Made by a program: the position numbers and the translations under genes
Part shown: one piece after another, positions 25,743 through 34,487 of the stretch
Layout of the letters: each line of letters opens with the position of its first letter
Numbering within the stretch: position 1 is the first letter of the stretch
The notes under the pieces: generated by a model
Databases searched by the model: none
The model's input: only the letters and a program-made list of their open reading frames with translations
Told to the model about the DNA's origin: nothing
Assembly (NCBI GenBank): GCA_945879065.1
Contig: CAMCUU010000001.1
Location: 23,899 to 87,898 of the forward strand
Reading direction: 5' to 3'
DNA length: 64,000 nucleotides
DNA from: Francisella tularensis subsp. holarctica
GTDB taxonomy: Bacteria; Pseudomonadota; Gammaproteobacteria; Francisellales; CACEW01

Positions 25743-26771
25743 CTAATTCAACAATCCACAGGCGCTTTTAATTTTGTTTAAATTAGTACGCGCTATTTTT
25801 CGGGCTTTTTCCGCCCCCTCTTGAAGCGCTTGTTTAATAATCTCTGGGTGGGCCATAAGATCTAGATATTTTTCACGAGGTTCTTTTAAATCTAAAATTA
25901 TTTTCTCTGCCAATATTTTTTTAACCTCGCCCCAGCCAATCCCTATTTGATATTTATTTTCCAGCTCTTTTATTTCTTGAGTATTCGAAAATGCTTTATA
26001 AATATTAAATAAAACACAGTCTTTTATACTCTTAGCCTCATGGGGCTCTTGTGAATTAGTTTTAATTTTATTAATTAATTTCTGAACTTTTCCAGGCTCT
26101 TCAAATAAGGGAATCGTATTCTGATAAGACTTACTCATCTTGCGGCCGTCTAAGCCAGGCAAAACCATCAAATCTTGATTAACACAGGCTTCGGGCAATA
26201 TAAAAACTTCTCCATATAAATAATTAAATCTTGCGGCGATATCTCTCGCAATTTCAATATGCTGAATTTGATCTTTACCCACAGGAACTTGATGGGCATT
26301 AAAAATTAAAATATCAGCCGCCATCAAAACAGGATAATTAAACAAGCCCATGGTAATCCCATGATCAGGATCTTGGTTTTCTATTAAATTATTTTCAGCC
26401 ACTAAAGATTTATAAGCATGAGCCCTATTTAATAAACCCTTGCTAGCCACCGTCATGAGAATCCAAGCCAATTCAGAAATTTCTGGAATATCCGACTGCT
26501 TATAAAATAAAGCTTTATTAATATCTAAACCCAGAGCTAGCCAGGTCGCTGCTATTTCTAAAATATATTGCTCGCGTAATTTAGGATCCCATAATTTAAC
26601 TAGGGAATGCAGGTCAGCAATAAAATAAATGGCCTGACCTGTATTTTGACTTTCAATAGCAGGCTTAATAGCACCAATATAATTACCAATATGCGGCGTT
26701 CCAGAAGAAGTAATCCCCGTTAAAATTCTTACCGCTTCTTTTGCCCTATTTTCCACTACCCGCGCTCCCAA
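25743..26771 (-). CDS. trpS: Tryptophanyl-tRNA synthetase
   Basis: 342 aa. Contains ILTGITSSGTPHIGNYIGAIKP (HIGH-like), GKDQIQHIEIARDIA and KMSKS. Confidence 0.95.
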   Translation of the reverse strand: MGARVVENRAKEAVRILTGITSSGTPHIGNYIGAIKPAIESQNTGQAIYFIADLHSLVKLWDPKLREQYILEIAATWLALGLDINKALFYKQSDIPEISELAWILMTVASKGLLNRAHAYKSLVAENNLIENQDPDHGITMGLFNYPVLMAADILIFNAHQVPVGKDQIQHIEIARDIAARFNYLYGEVFILPEACVNQDLMVLPGLDGRKMSKSYQNTIPLFEEPGKVQKLINKIKTNSQEPHEAKSIKDCVLFNIYKAFSNTQEIKELENKYQIGIGWGEVKKILAEKIILDLKEPREKYLDLMAHPEIIKQALQEGAEKARKIARTNLNKIKSACGLLN

Positions 26772-26956
26772 ATTAAATTAATAAATAAAATTAAAAAAAT
26801 AAATACAGCTTAAAAAAGCCGAAAATCATACCGTTACTTTTTCTTTACAACAAGCGGTCAATTGCTTACATTTCGCCCCCTTCAAATCATGGGCTTTTTT
26901 CTGAGCTTCAAAATATAAAAACTAAATATAAAAAATAAAAAATAAGGACAGACACC

Positions 26957-28369
26957 TTGCAACTAAATTCAGATCGCGAAGTAGGTACCTGGGGTTTAAT
27001 TTTTATCACACTGGCAGGCGTGGTCAGCCCTATGGGTATGGTCATCATGGCCAAGTATGGTGTCTCTGCCTTGTTTTATTACGCGCTGGTTATTTTATTT
27101 TTCTTTATACCATCGGCTTTAGTTTGCTCTGAACTAGCCTCTGGATGGCCTCAAGAAGGTGGAATGTACCATTGGATTAGCGTGGCTTTTGGACGCATGA
27201 CTGGCAATATTGCGCTCTGGGCGCAATGGCTTTCAGCAGTAGTGAGCTTTCCAGTGATCTTAACTTTTGCCGCTAGTTTCGTTGCCTATGGAATTAATCC
27301 CAATCTGATGCACCAGGGCAGCTTTGTATTTTCAATTTGCGTTATCTTATCTTTACTTGCCATGATTTTTCCGCTCTTGGGTATTCGTCCTGCGATCTGG
27401 GTTTCAGCCATAGCCACTGTTGGATCTACTTTAATTCCCGTATTTTTATTAATTATTTTTGCAGCTTACTGGCTATTCACTGGCCACCCTTCTGCAACGC
27501 ATTTTGACTGGCATAAAATTATTCCTGAATTTAATGGCTGGGGCATGTTTTCTTTACTCGGTGCTACGGTCTTTATGTTCGGCGGCATGGAACTAGCGGC
27601 TTATGCGATTCAATATTGCAAAGATCCTAAGCGTCAGTACAGCAAAGCTTTATTAATCTCCAGCATATTAATTATATTAATGTGCGTCTTGGGTACGCTC
27701 GCTATCTCTGTATTTTTAACCACGAATCAATCCGACCTAGTATCCGGCATGATGCAGTGTTTTGTGGTTTTCTTAACGGCCTACCATTTAAAATGGGTCA
27801 TGATTGGGATTGTTATTTTTAATATTGTGGGCTGGATGGGTGTCCTAGCGACCTATATGTTTACTTTATCTTACGGCTTATTTGCTTCTGCGAAAGATCA
27901 CATGCTGCCCAAGATGTTTCAAAAACATAATAGATTTAATGCCCCCGGTAATTTAATTATTCTCCAGGGCATTGTGACTATTATTTTAGCGACGCTTTAT
28001 GTCTTTATTCCTAATGTAAACGCTGCCTATTGGCTAATAGAAGCCGTTGTCGCTGTTGTTGGTGGCTTAAGATATTTATTTTTATTCGCTGCGGCGATTA
28101 AATTAAGATACACCCACGCCGATGTTCACCGAAGCATGCGAATTCCTGGTGGAAAAGCTTGGGGCATGAATCTGATAGCCGGTGTTGCTTTTATTATGAC
28201 TGCTTTTTCAGTCATAATGACTTTTGTTCCACCCAATGAATTTAATATTGGCAGCGCCTATGTCTATGTCTCGTCTTTAATTATTGGTACTTTGATTTGT
28301 GTCTGGCTGCCTGTTCTAGTCGGCTATTACAGCGAATGGAGCCATCAAAGAGAGTTAAGAGCGAATTAA
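26957..28369 (+). CDS. APC-superfamily amino-acid permease/antiporter
   Basis: 470 aa with about 12 hydrophobic segments. The N-terminus LVCSELASGWPQEGGMYHWISVAFG is typical of APC (GadC/YjeM-like) transporters. TTG start with AAGGA 8 nt upstream. Confidence 0.85.
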   Translation: MQLNSDREVGTWGLIFITLAGVVSPMGMVIMAKYGVSALFYYALVILFFFIPSALVCSELASGWPQEGGMYHWISVAFGRMTGNIALWAQWLSAVVSFPVILTFAASFVAYGINPNLMHQGSFVFSICVILSLLAMIFPLLGIRPAIWVSAIATVGSTLIPVFLLIIFAAYWLFTGHPSATHFDWHKIIPEFNGWGMFSLLGATVFMFGGMELAAYAIQYCKDPKRQYSKALLISSILIILMCVLGTLAISVFLTTNQSDLVSGMMQCFVVFLTAYHLKWVMIGIVIFNIVGWMGVLATYMFTLSYGLFASAKDHMLPKMFQKHNRFNAPGNLIILQGIVTIILATLYVFIPNVNAAYWLIEAVVAVVGGLRYLFLFAAAIKLRYTHADVHRSMRIPGGKAWGMNLIAGVAFIMTAFSVIMTFVPPNEFNIGSAYVYVSSLIIGTLICVWLPVLVGYYSEWSHQRELRAN

Positions 28370-28732
28370 AATTAAAATGGTTTCGATGGACTCCAGGGGA
28401 TGTTCCTAGTATTCTTGCCCCGCTTTTTAGGGGCCTTTGAAATTCTGGCGTTGTTATTTAAGACCAGAGCGGCAAGCACACTAAAAAGTAAACTTAACTT
28501 ATTTTTATTTTTAACACCGCACTCTCTTAGCTTGGATATAGCTTGAAACGAGGGTGAGGCTAAAACGTGTTTTTATATTGATTAAAGATCTGAGGATCCG
28601 AATATCTAAATATCTGAGCCAAGGCTCTAAGAATTATAATATTTACAATACGTCGCGCTTATCACCTTTCGAGAAAATTCAAAATAATTCAAACAAGAAA
28701 ATTGCGCCTCACTAAAAGGCAAATTTTATAAA
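28370..28732 (+). promoter_or_regulatory. Long untranslated region upstream of rne (possible structured autoregulatory leader)
   Basis: 363 nt non-coding stretch with several inverted repeats, e.g. GCCCCGCTTTTTAGGGGC near 28427 and CTTGCC..GCGGCAAG pairing. E. coli rne is known to have a long autoregulated 5' UTR. No homology was checked. Confidence 0.3.
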
Positions 28733-31378
28733 ATGACTGAAATTTTAATTAACGCGACGCAAGCTGAAGAGATTCGTGTCGCCATGACTGAAAATGGCAA
28801 TGTATTTGATTTCGATATGGAATCTATTCATCGCGAAGATAAAAAAGCCAGCGTCTATAAAGGCATTGTTTCTCGGGTTGAAGCTAGTCTAAACGCTGTT
28901 TTTGTGGACTATGGCGCAGATCGTCATGGCTTTTTACCACTGAAAGAAATCGCGCCCGAGTATTTTCAAAAAGGCACCCCTTCTCAATCCAGTGATCGCT
29001 TTGATTTGCGAACAGCGATTAAAGAAGGCCAGGAATTAATTATTCAAATCAGCAAAGAAGAGCGTGGAACCAAAGGCGCTGCGCTTTCAACTTTTATTAC
29101 TTTGGCGGGATGTTATTTAGTTTTAATGCCCAACAACGAAAGCGCGGGGGGCATCTCCAGGCGTATTGAAGGCGAAGATCGTCAATTATTAAAAGAAGCG
29201 ATGGAAAAACTAGAAGTCCCAGAAGGCATGGGTGTGATTATCAGAACCAATGGCCTGGGAAGATCCCAAGAAGAATTACAGTGGGACTTAAACGCCCTAA
29301 TTAAACTAGCCAATGCCATTAAAGAAGCGGGAGTCAGCAAAAAAGCGCCCTTTTTAATTTACAGAGAAAGCGATGTTATCTCCAGAACTATTCGAGATTA
29401 TTTAAGAGCGGATATTTCACAAATTACTGTAGACACACAAGACGCTTTTGATCGCGTCATGACTCATGTAAATAGACTCAGACCAGAATTTGCCAATAAA
29501 GTAGTTTTATATAAAGGCGATAAACCTCTTTTTATTCATCATCATATTGAGCATCAAATAGAAACGGCTTATCAACGTGAAGTGAAATTACCTTCCGGGG
29601 GTTCCATTGTCATTGACCATACAGAAGCCTTGGTTTCTATTGATATTAACTCTTCTAAAGCAACCAAAGGCGAAGACATCGAAGAAACCGCTCTCCAAAC
29701 CAACCTGGAAGCTGCGATGGAAATCGCTCGCCAGGCGAGATTAAGAGATATTGGCGGCCTGATCGTCATTGATTTTATTGACATGCTATCCACAAGACAT
29801 CAAAGAGATGTGGAAACCCAATTACAAGATTCCCTTAAAAAAGATCGTGCTCGTGTTCAAATTGGGCGCATCTCAAGATTCGGGCTCTTAGAAATGTCTC
29901 GTCAACGTCTGAGACCTTCTTTAGACGAATCGACCCATATTACATGCCCTCGTTGCAATGGTCAGGGGACTATTAGGGGCATTGATTCTTTAGGTCTTTC
30001 TATATTAAGACTCTTAGAAGAAGACGCTGCGTCTTATCAATATCGCGAGTTTCAAGTTGAGCTACCAGTTTCAGTTGCTACTTTTTTATTAAACGAAAAA
30101 CGCCAGTTAATTACTCAAATAGAAACCAAGCGTCGCGTTAAAATTATTTTAATTCCCAATCAGCATATGGAAACACCCCATTATGAAATTAAACGCTTTA
30201 AACAAAGCGGAGATTCTCTTTCTGAAAGAAGCTATGAATTAATTTCAAAGACCTCCCAAGAAAACCATGCTTTCTTACAAACTTCTGAGCGAGAAGAGGC
30301 GGCGATTACAGGGGTCTCCATTGACCAACCTCCTAAAAAAGCAGGCTTAATTACGCGCCTATTAAAAGAACTATTTTCCAGCCCTAAAACAAAAGCAGAC
30401 AAACCTGCCGCCAATCAAAATCAAGCGGACAAGCCACAAGCAGGAACCAGCACCCATAGACCTCAAAATCAAAGAACTAACAATAATACTCGAGGCCCCA
30501 GAACGCGGACTCCAGGGTCAACTCCAGGGTCAACTCCAGGGTCAACTCCAGCTTCAAACTCAGGATTAGCTGACAAACAAGCTAGTACTTCTGAAAAAAA
30601 CAATCTGGAAAAAAATACAAACACAGGTGAGCGTCGAAATACGCAAAGACCAGAAAGATCAGAAAGATCAGAAAGACCCCCTGCTCGTCGCCAGAGCCAA
30701 AATCACAATCAAGCTCATGAGCAGACTGATCTAGAAACTGGAACCGTCAATCAATCCACCAATACAGGCTTTGAAAGACAAGAAAAACCTGAAAGAAAAC
30801 CAAGAGCCCCAAGAGCGCAAACCACGCAAGCTCCAAGAGAGATAACATCTCCTGAAGTTAATAATACTAATCATATTAATAACGCTCATAACTCTTCAGA
30901 AAATAAAAATACTGGAAACCAGGGAAATCAGGAAAATCAAAATACTGAAAGAAAGCCAAGAGCCCCCCGCTCTTCCAGCCCCAGGTCTAATAACTCTAAT
31001 AACTCTAATAATTTTAATAATACTAAAAAATCTGAAATTTCTATTCAGTCTTTTGAACGTTATGAAGTTAAAAACGAACAGTCGGCTCATATCATCAGCC
31101 CTGCCGTACAAGAGTTACTAAGCACCAGTCACTCCCTGCTTTCAGATAAAAATGCACAGCAGGCGGAGACTCTTTCTCATCATCAGGACTCCGTGCAAAA
31201 GCAAAAATCAGCCAAGCTCAATATCGAAGTCCAAGAAGCGCAAACTAGCTTCTCCCTCGATGCTGAAAAAGAAAGATTGGCAGCGATTTCAAAAATAGAA
31301 ATCCAACAAGTTGTCAGCCAAAAAAAATCTGAGTCGGCTCAAAACTCTAAAATTCAAATCGAATCTCAAGAGGTTTGA
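28733..31378 (+). CDS. rne: Ribonuclease E
   Basis: 881 aa. The N-terminal catalytic half includes ILINATQAEEIRVAMTENG, an S1 domain (VYKGIVSRVEASLNAVFVDYG), SIVIDHTEALVSIDINS, GGLIVIDFIDM and CPRCNGQGTIR. The C-terminal half is low-complexity with tandem PGST, ERS and NNS repeats. Confidence 0.93.
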   Translation: MTEILINATQAEEIRVAMTENGNVFDFDMESIHREDKKASVYKGIVSRVEASLNAVFVDYGADRHGFLPLKEIAPEYFQKGTPSQSSDRFDLRTAIKEGQELIIQISKEERGTKGAALSTFITLAGCYLVLMPNNESAGGISRRIEGEDRQLLKEAMEKLEVPEGMGVIIRTNGLGRSQEELQWDLNALIKLANAIKEAGVSKKAPFLIYRESDVISRTIRDYLRADISQITVDTQDAFDRVMTHVNRLRPEFANKVVLYKGDKPLFIHHHIEHQIETAYQREVKLPSGGSIVIDHTEALVSIDINSSKATKGEDIEETALQTNLEAAMEIARQARLRDIGGLIVIDFIDMLSTRHQRDVETQLQDSLKKDRARVQIGRISRFGLLEMSRQRLRPSLDESTHITCPRCNGQGTIRGIDSLGLSILRLLEEDAASYQYREFQVELPVSVATFLLNEKRQLITQIETKRRVKIILIPNQHMETPHYEIKRFKQSGDSLSERSYELISKTSQENHAFLQTSEREEAAITGVSIDQPPKKAGLITRLLKELFSSPKTKADKPAANQNQADKPQAGTSTHRPQNQRTNNNTRGPRTRTPGSTPGSTPGSTPASNSGLADKQASTSEKNNLEKNTNTGERRNTQRPERSERSERPPARRQSQNHNQAHEQTDLETGTVNQSTNTGFERQEKPERKPRAPRAQTTQAPREITSPEVNNTNHINNAHNSSENKNTGNQGNQENQNTERKPRAPRSSSPRSNNSNNSNNFNNTKKSEISIQSFERYEVKNEQSAHIISPAVQELLSTSHSLLSDKNAQQAETLSHHQDSVQKQKSAKLNIEVQEAQTSFSLDAEKERLAAISKIEIQQVVSQKKSESAQNSKIQIESQEV

Positions 31379-31387
31379 TTAAATAAT

Positions 31388-31428
31388 AAAAAAGCCTGGA
31401 TTTATTAATTTAAATCCAGGCTTTTTTA
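31388..31428. terminator. Bidirectional rho-independent terminator between rne and the resolvase-like gene
   Basis: AAAAAGCCTGGATTTA-TTAATT-TAAATCCAGGCTTTTTT: a perfect 12-bp stem flanked by an A-run and a T-run. Confidence 0.75.
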
Positions 31429-31468
31429 TTTATAATTTTTTTTAAAATTTTTAATATTTTTAAAAAAC

Positions 31469-32077
31469 TTAAATTTCTACACGACCTTTAAGACTTCTTT
31501 TTTCAATATAGTTATACAAAGTCTGCGCATGGCAATCGATTAACTTAGCAATAGATGCTTTGCTAATCCCTAAGTCTAAATATTTTTGAATCTCTTTACG
31601 GTCTTTATCTAATTTTAAAGATTTATTCGTCCGACCTTTGGGACGCCCTAAAGGCAACCCTTCTTCACGACGACGCGCTAAAGCTTCTGTGGTTCTCTTA
31701 GCCACAAAATCAGATTCAATTTCTTGCATGAGTCTAATTAAAACAGAGGAATCCGTGGTTTGTTTTGCTTGGAAACTTAATTTGTACTTCACTAAAATTA
31801 AGTCCACACGATGCAAGGTTAAGATTTCTAAAATTTCTAATATTTGAGCGCTCGAACGTGCCAAATTAGACGCTTCATAAGCGACAATCGTATCACCCGA
31901 ACGGCATTTTTTAATTAACTTACTGAGATCTCTATTTTCCCAATGGGTGCGATTAGAACGCTCATCATCGACCTCTTCAGTGAGGGACAATCCATTGGAT
32001 ACAAGATAAGACTGAATTGATTTTCTGAGAAAATCTTTGTCATTAAAATCAACAGAGATATAGCTGTAAATGGCCAT
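31469..32077 (-). CDS. Resolvase/invertase-like protein with a divergent catalytic motif and a C-terminal HTH
   Basis: 202 aa. SGDTIVAYEASNLARS, a helix-E-like FVAKRTTEALARRREEG, GRPKGRT and the HTH ISKASIAKLIDCHAQTLYNYIEKR follow the serine-recombinase layout. The N-terminal YSYISVDFNDKD replaces the canonical Y-x-R-V-S-T-x-x-Q. Confidence 0.65.
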   Translation of the reverse strand: MAIYSYISVDFNDKDFLRKSIQSYLVSNGLSLTEEVDDERSNRTHWENRDLSKLIKKCRSGDTIVAYEASNLARSSAQILEILEILTLHRVDLILVKYKLSFQAKQTTDSSVLIRLMQEIESDFVAKRTTEALARRREEGLPLGRPKGRTNKSLKLDKDRKEIQKYLDLGISKASIAKLIDCHAQTLYNYIEKRSLKGRVEI

Positions 32078-32350
32078 GAGAAATAAGGCTCCTTAAGAGT
32101 TATTATAATTATTATAAAGGGTTGTCAGGGATTAAATCTGGCGCGGATTGTATGCTATGAAAAAATTCAAAATCAAGCGTTTTTTTATATTATTTTAATC
32201 TGTCTTATTTATTAAATTTTAATATCTTATTAAAACTTGAATAATTAAAAATAAAATCAAATTAAACAAACACTCTAAAACCATTGCAAGAAGCGCCTCT
32301 TGGCTTATATAATCGCGCGCTTTAAAAATTAAGTACAAAAGGGAATATCC

Positions 32351-32572
32351 ATGGCACGCGTCACTGTTGAAGATTGCTTAGATTATGTCGATAACCGATT
32401 CCAACTCGTTTTATTAGCCAGCATGCGTGCTCGCGAAATTTTACGCTCCGGCCAAGAACCCATGGTTCCCTGGGACAATGACAAAGCCACTGTGGTTGCT
32501 TTGAGAGAAATTGCCAAAGGCCTCGTAGATAAATCTATTTTATTACGCCGAGTCCCTAACGAAGAGTTTTAA
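32351..32572 (+). CDS. rpoZ: DNA-directed RNA polymerase omega subunit
   Basis: 73 aa. [30 protein letters not shown]... aligns with E. coli RpoZ. Confidence 0.93.
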   Translation: MARVTVEDCLDYVDNRFQLVLLASMRAREILRSGQEPMVPWDNDKATVVALREIAKGLVDKSILLRRVPNEEF

Positions 32573-32600
32573 TAGTTTAAAACTTAAAATTTTTATATTT

Positions 32601-33047
32601 TTACAGCGCCAGGATCCCTTCAATTTCAATATCGGTCCCCTTGGGTAAGCCAGCTACTTGAATAGTGGATCTTGCAGGATAAGGCGCTGTAAAAAACTCC
32701 TGCATCACCTGGTTTAATATTTGAAAATTAATATTAGATAAATCAGTCAAAAAAATAGTTAGCTTTACTATTTTATTTAAATCTACAGCCCCCGCAGCCT
32801 GACAAACAGCTTCTAGGTTTTTAAACACCTGACGAACTCTTTCTTTAAAATCTCCAGTGATTAATTCTCCCATTTCTGGGTCTAGGGGTATTTGCCCCGA
32901 TAAAAAAACCAATTGATTAAGAGATTGATTAAGAGCCTGATTAGACTGAGTCAAATTTAAACTTACTGCCTGAGAATAAGGCCCAATAGCCTTGGGCGCC
33001 TGAGGTGTTTGAATGGCTTGAATAGTTTTAAACATATTTTTTAACAC
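32601..33047 (-). CDS. ridA: RidA/YjgF-family reactive-intermediate deaminase
   Basis: 148 aa. Contains APKAIGPYSQAV, VFLSGQIPLDPEMGEL and YPARSTIQVAGLPKGTDIEIEGIL. It has an N/Q/L-rich insert (LNLTQSNQALNQSLNQ). Confidence 0.88.
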   Translation of the reverse strand: MLKNMFKTIQAIQTPQAPKAIGPYSQAVSLNLTQSNQALNQSLNQLVFLSGQIPLDPEMGELITGDFKERVRQVFKNLEAVCQAAGAVDLNKIVKLTIFLTDLSNINFQILNQVMQEFFTAPYPARSTIQVAGLPKGTDIEIEGILAL

Positions 33048-33068
33048 TCTTTTTTATATTTAAAATAA

Positions 33069-34385
33069 TTAACCTAGCCAGGGATATAAAACACCCATAA
33101 TGGTCCCGGTCATTAAAGTACAAATCGTCCCTGCTAATAAAGCCTTGCCGCCTAGAGACATAAACTCTTTACGGCGCTTAGGCATCAAGACATTGTAAGT
33201 TGACAGCATAATTCCAAGCCCTGAAATATTGGCAAAACCACACATGGCATAAACTAAAATTAATTGAGACTTCGCGTCTAACAAACCCATTTTTAAAGCC
33301 GCTAATTGCTGATAAGAAACCAGTTCATTTAAGACCAATCTAGTCGCCATTAAATTGCCAGCCGTGTGCGCCTGATCCCAAGGAATGCCAATCAGCCACA
33401 TGATGGGCTGGAAAATAAAACCAATTAAATAAGACAAGCTCAAAGTATGACCGTCGATCACTGGAATTAAACTCAAGCCCTTATCAATAAAAGAAACAAT
33501 AGCCACTAAGACAATTAACATGGCGACGATAGAAATAAATACTTGAGCGCCGACACTCACCCCTTTGGTTAAAGCATCAATAGCACTCAGCCTGTTTTCG
33601 ACGTAGAGCTCACGGCCCTCTGTTAAAACACTGGTTTCTGGAACCATAATTCTAGAAATAAAAACAACAGCTGGAAGACTAATTAAAACCGACGCAATGA
33701 CATGGCTCATCACATGCGGCATAACTGGAGTTAATATGGCGACATAGAGACCCATCACGGTTCCTGCGACACCAGCCATTCCGCAGGTCATCATGGTAAA
33801 TAGCTCACTATGGGTGATTCTTTTCATATAAGGCCGGATAACCAAAGGCGACTCAGCCATACCTAAAAATAAATTAGAGCTGACACCAATCGCAATGGCA
33901 CCGCCTAAGCCCAAAACATGACTAACCACCCAAGAAATATGGCGAATAATAAAAGGCATAATCCGGTAATAAAATAACAAAGAAGAAATAGCGCTAATCA
34001 CAATAACCAAAGGTAAAGCCTGGAAAGCCAAAGAGTAAGTCGAGGTATTATCTTGGACTTTAAAAGGCGTCTTACCGCCACCCACATACCCAAAGACAAA
34101 AGATGTCCCTTCCATGGTTGCGTGTTCTAAACAAATAACAGCTTTATTAATAAAATTAAAAACATCCGCAAAAAAAGTAATCTTAGATAAAGCAATCGCT
34201 AAAAAAATCTGAACTAATAAGCCAATCAGAATCGGCTTAACTCTCACCGCTTTTTTATTTTCTGAAAAAATAAAAGCAATTAAAATAAAAGCCAAAAGAC
34301 CCAAAAGGCCATGTAAAAAAGAAGGCAAATAAGAAAGATAAGAAGAAAAATAAGAAGAAGAAAAATAAGACTGTGAAAGCAACAA
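33069..34385 (-). CDS. Concentrative nucleoside transporter (NupC family)
   Basis: 438 aa polytopic protein. Contains TEGTSFVFGY-like MEGTSFVFGYVGG, and CGFANISGLGIMLS near the C-terminus, typical of NupC/CNT. Confidence 0.85.
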   Translation of the reverse strand: MLLSQSYFSSSYFSSYLSYLPSFLHGLLGLLAFILIAFIFSENKKAVRVKPILIGLLVQIFLAIALSKITFFADVFNFINKAVICLEHATMEGTSFVFGYVGGGKTPFKVQDNTSTYSLAFQALPLVIVISAISSLLFYYRIMPFIIRHISWVVSHVLGLGGAIAIGVSSNLFLGMAESPLVIRPYMKRITHSELFTMMTCGMAGVAGTVMGLYVAILTPVMPHVMSHVIASVLISLPAVVFISRIMVPETSVLTEGRELYVENRLSAIDALTKGVSVGAQVFISIVAMLIVLVAIVSFIDKGLSLIPVIDGHTLSLSYLIGFIFQPIMWLIGIPWDQAHTAGNLMATRLVLNELVSYQQLAALKMGLLDAKSQLILVYAMCGFANISGLGIMLSTYNVLMPKRRKEFMSLGGKALLAGTICTLMTGTIMGVLYPWLG

Positions 34386-34487
34386 AATTAAATCACCCAG
34401 AGTAATTAAGGCGGCATCTTAACCAAACATTCCAAGCTTAGCCAGCGGCTTAAGCAGCCAGTTTTTTTAAAGTTTTTTAAATTTTAT

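Noticed and set aside
31469-32077. Resolvase-like gene considered as part of an active mobile element
   Set aside because: No flanking inverted repeats, transposase or cargo genes. The apparent loss of the catalytic Arg/Ser and a position between core genes (rne, rpoZ) argue against mobility.
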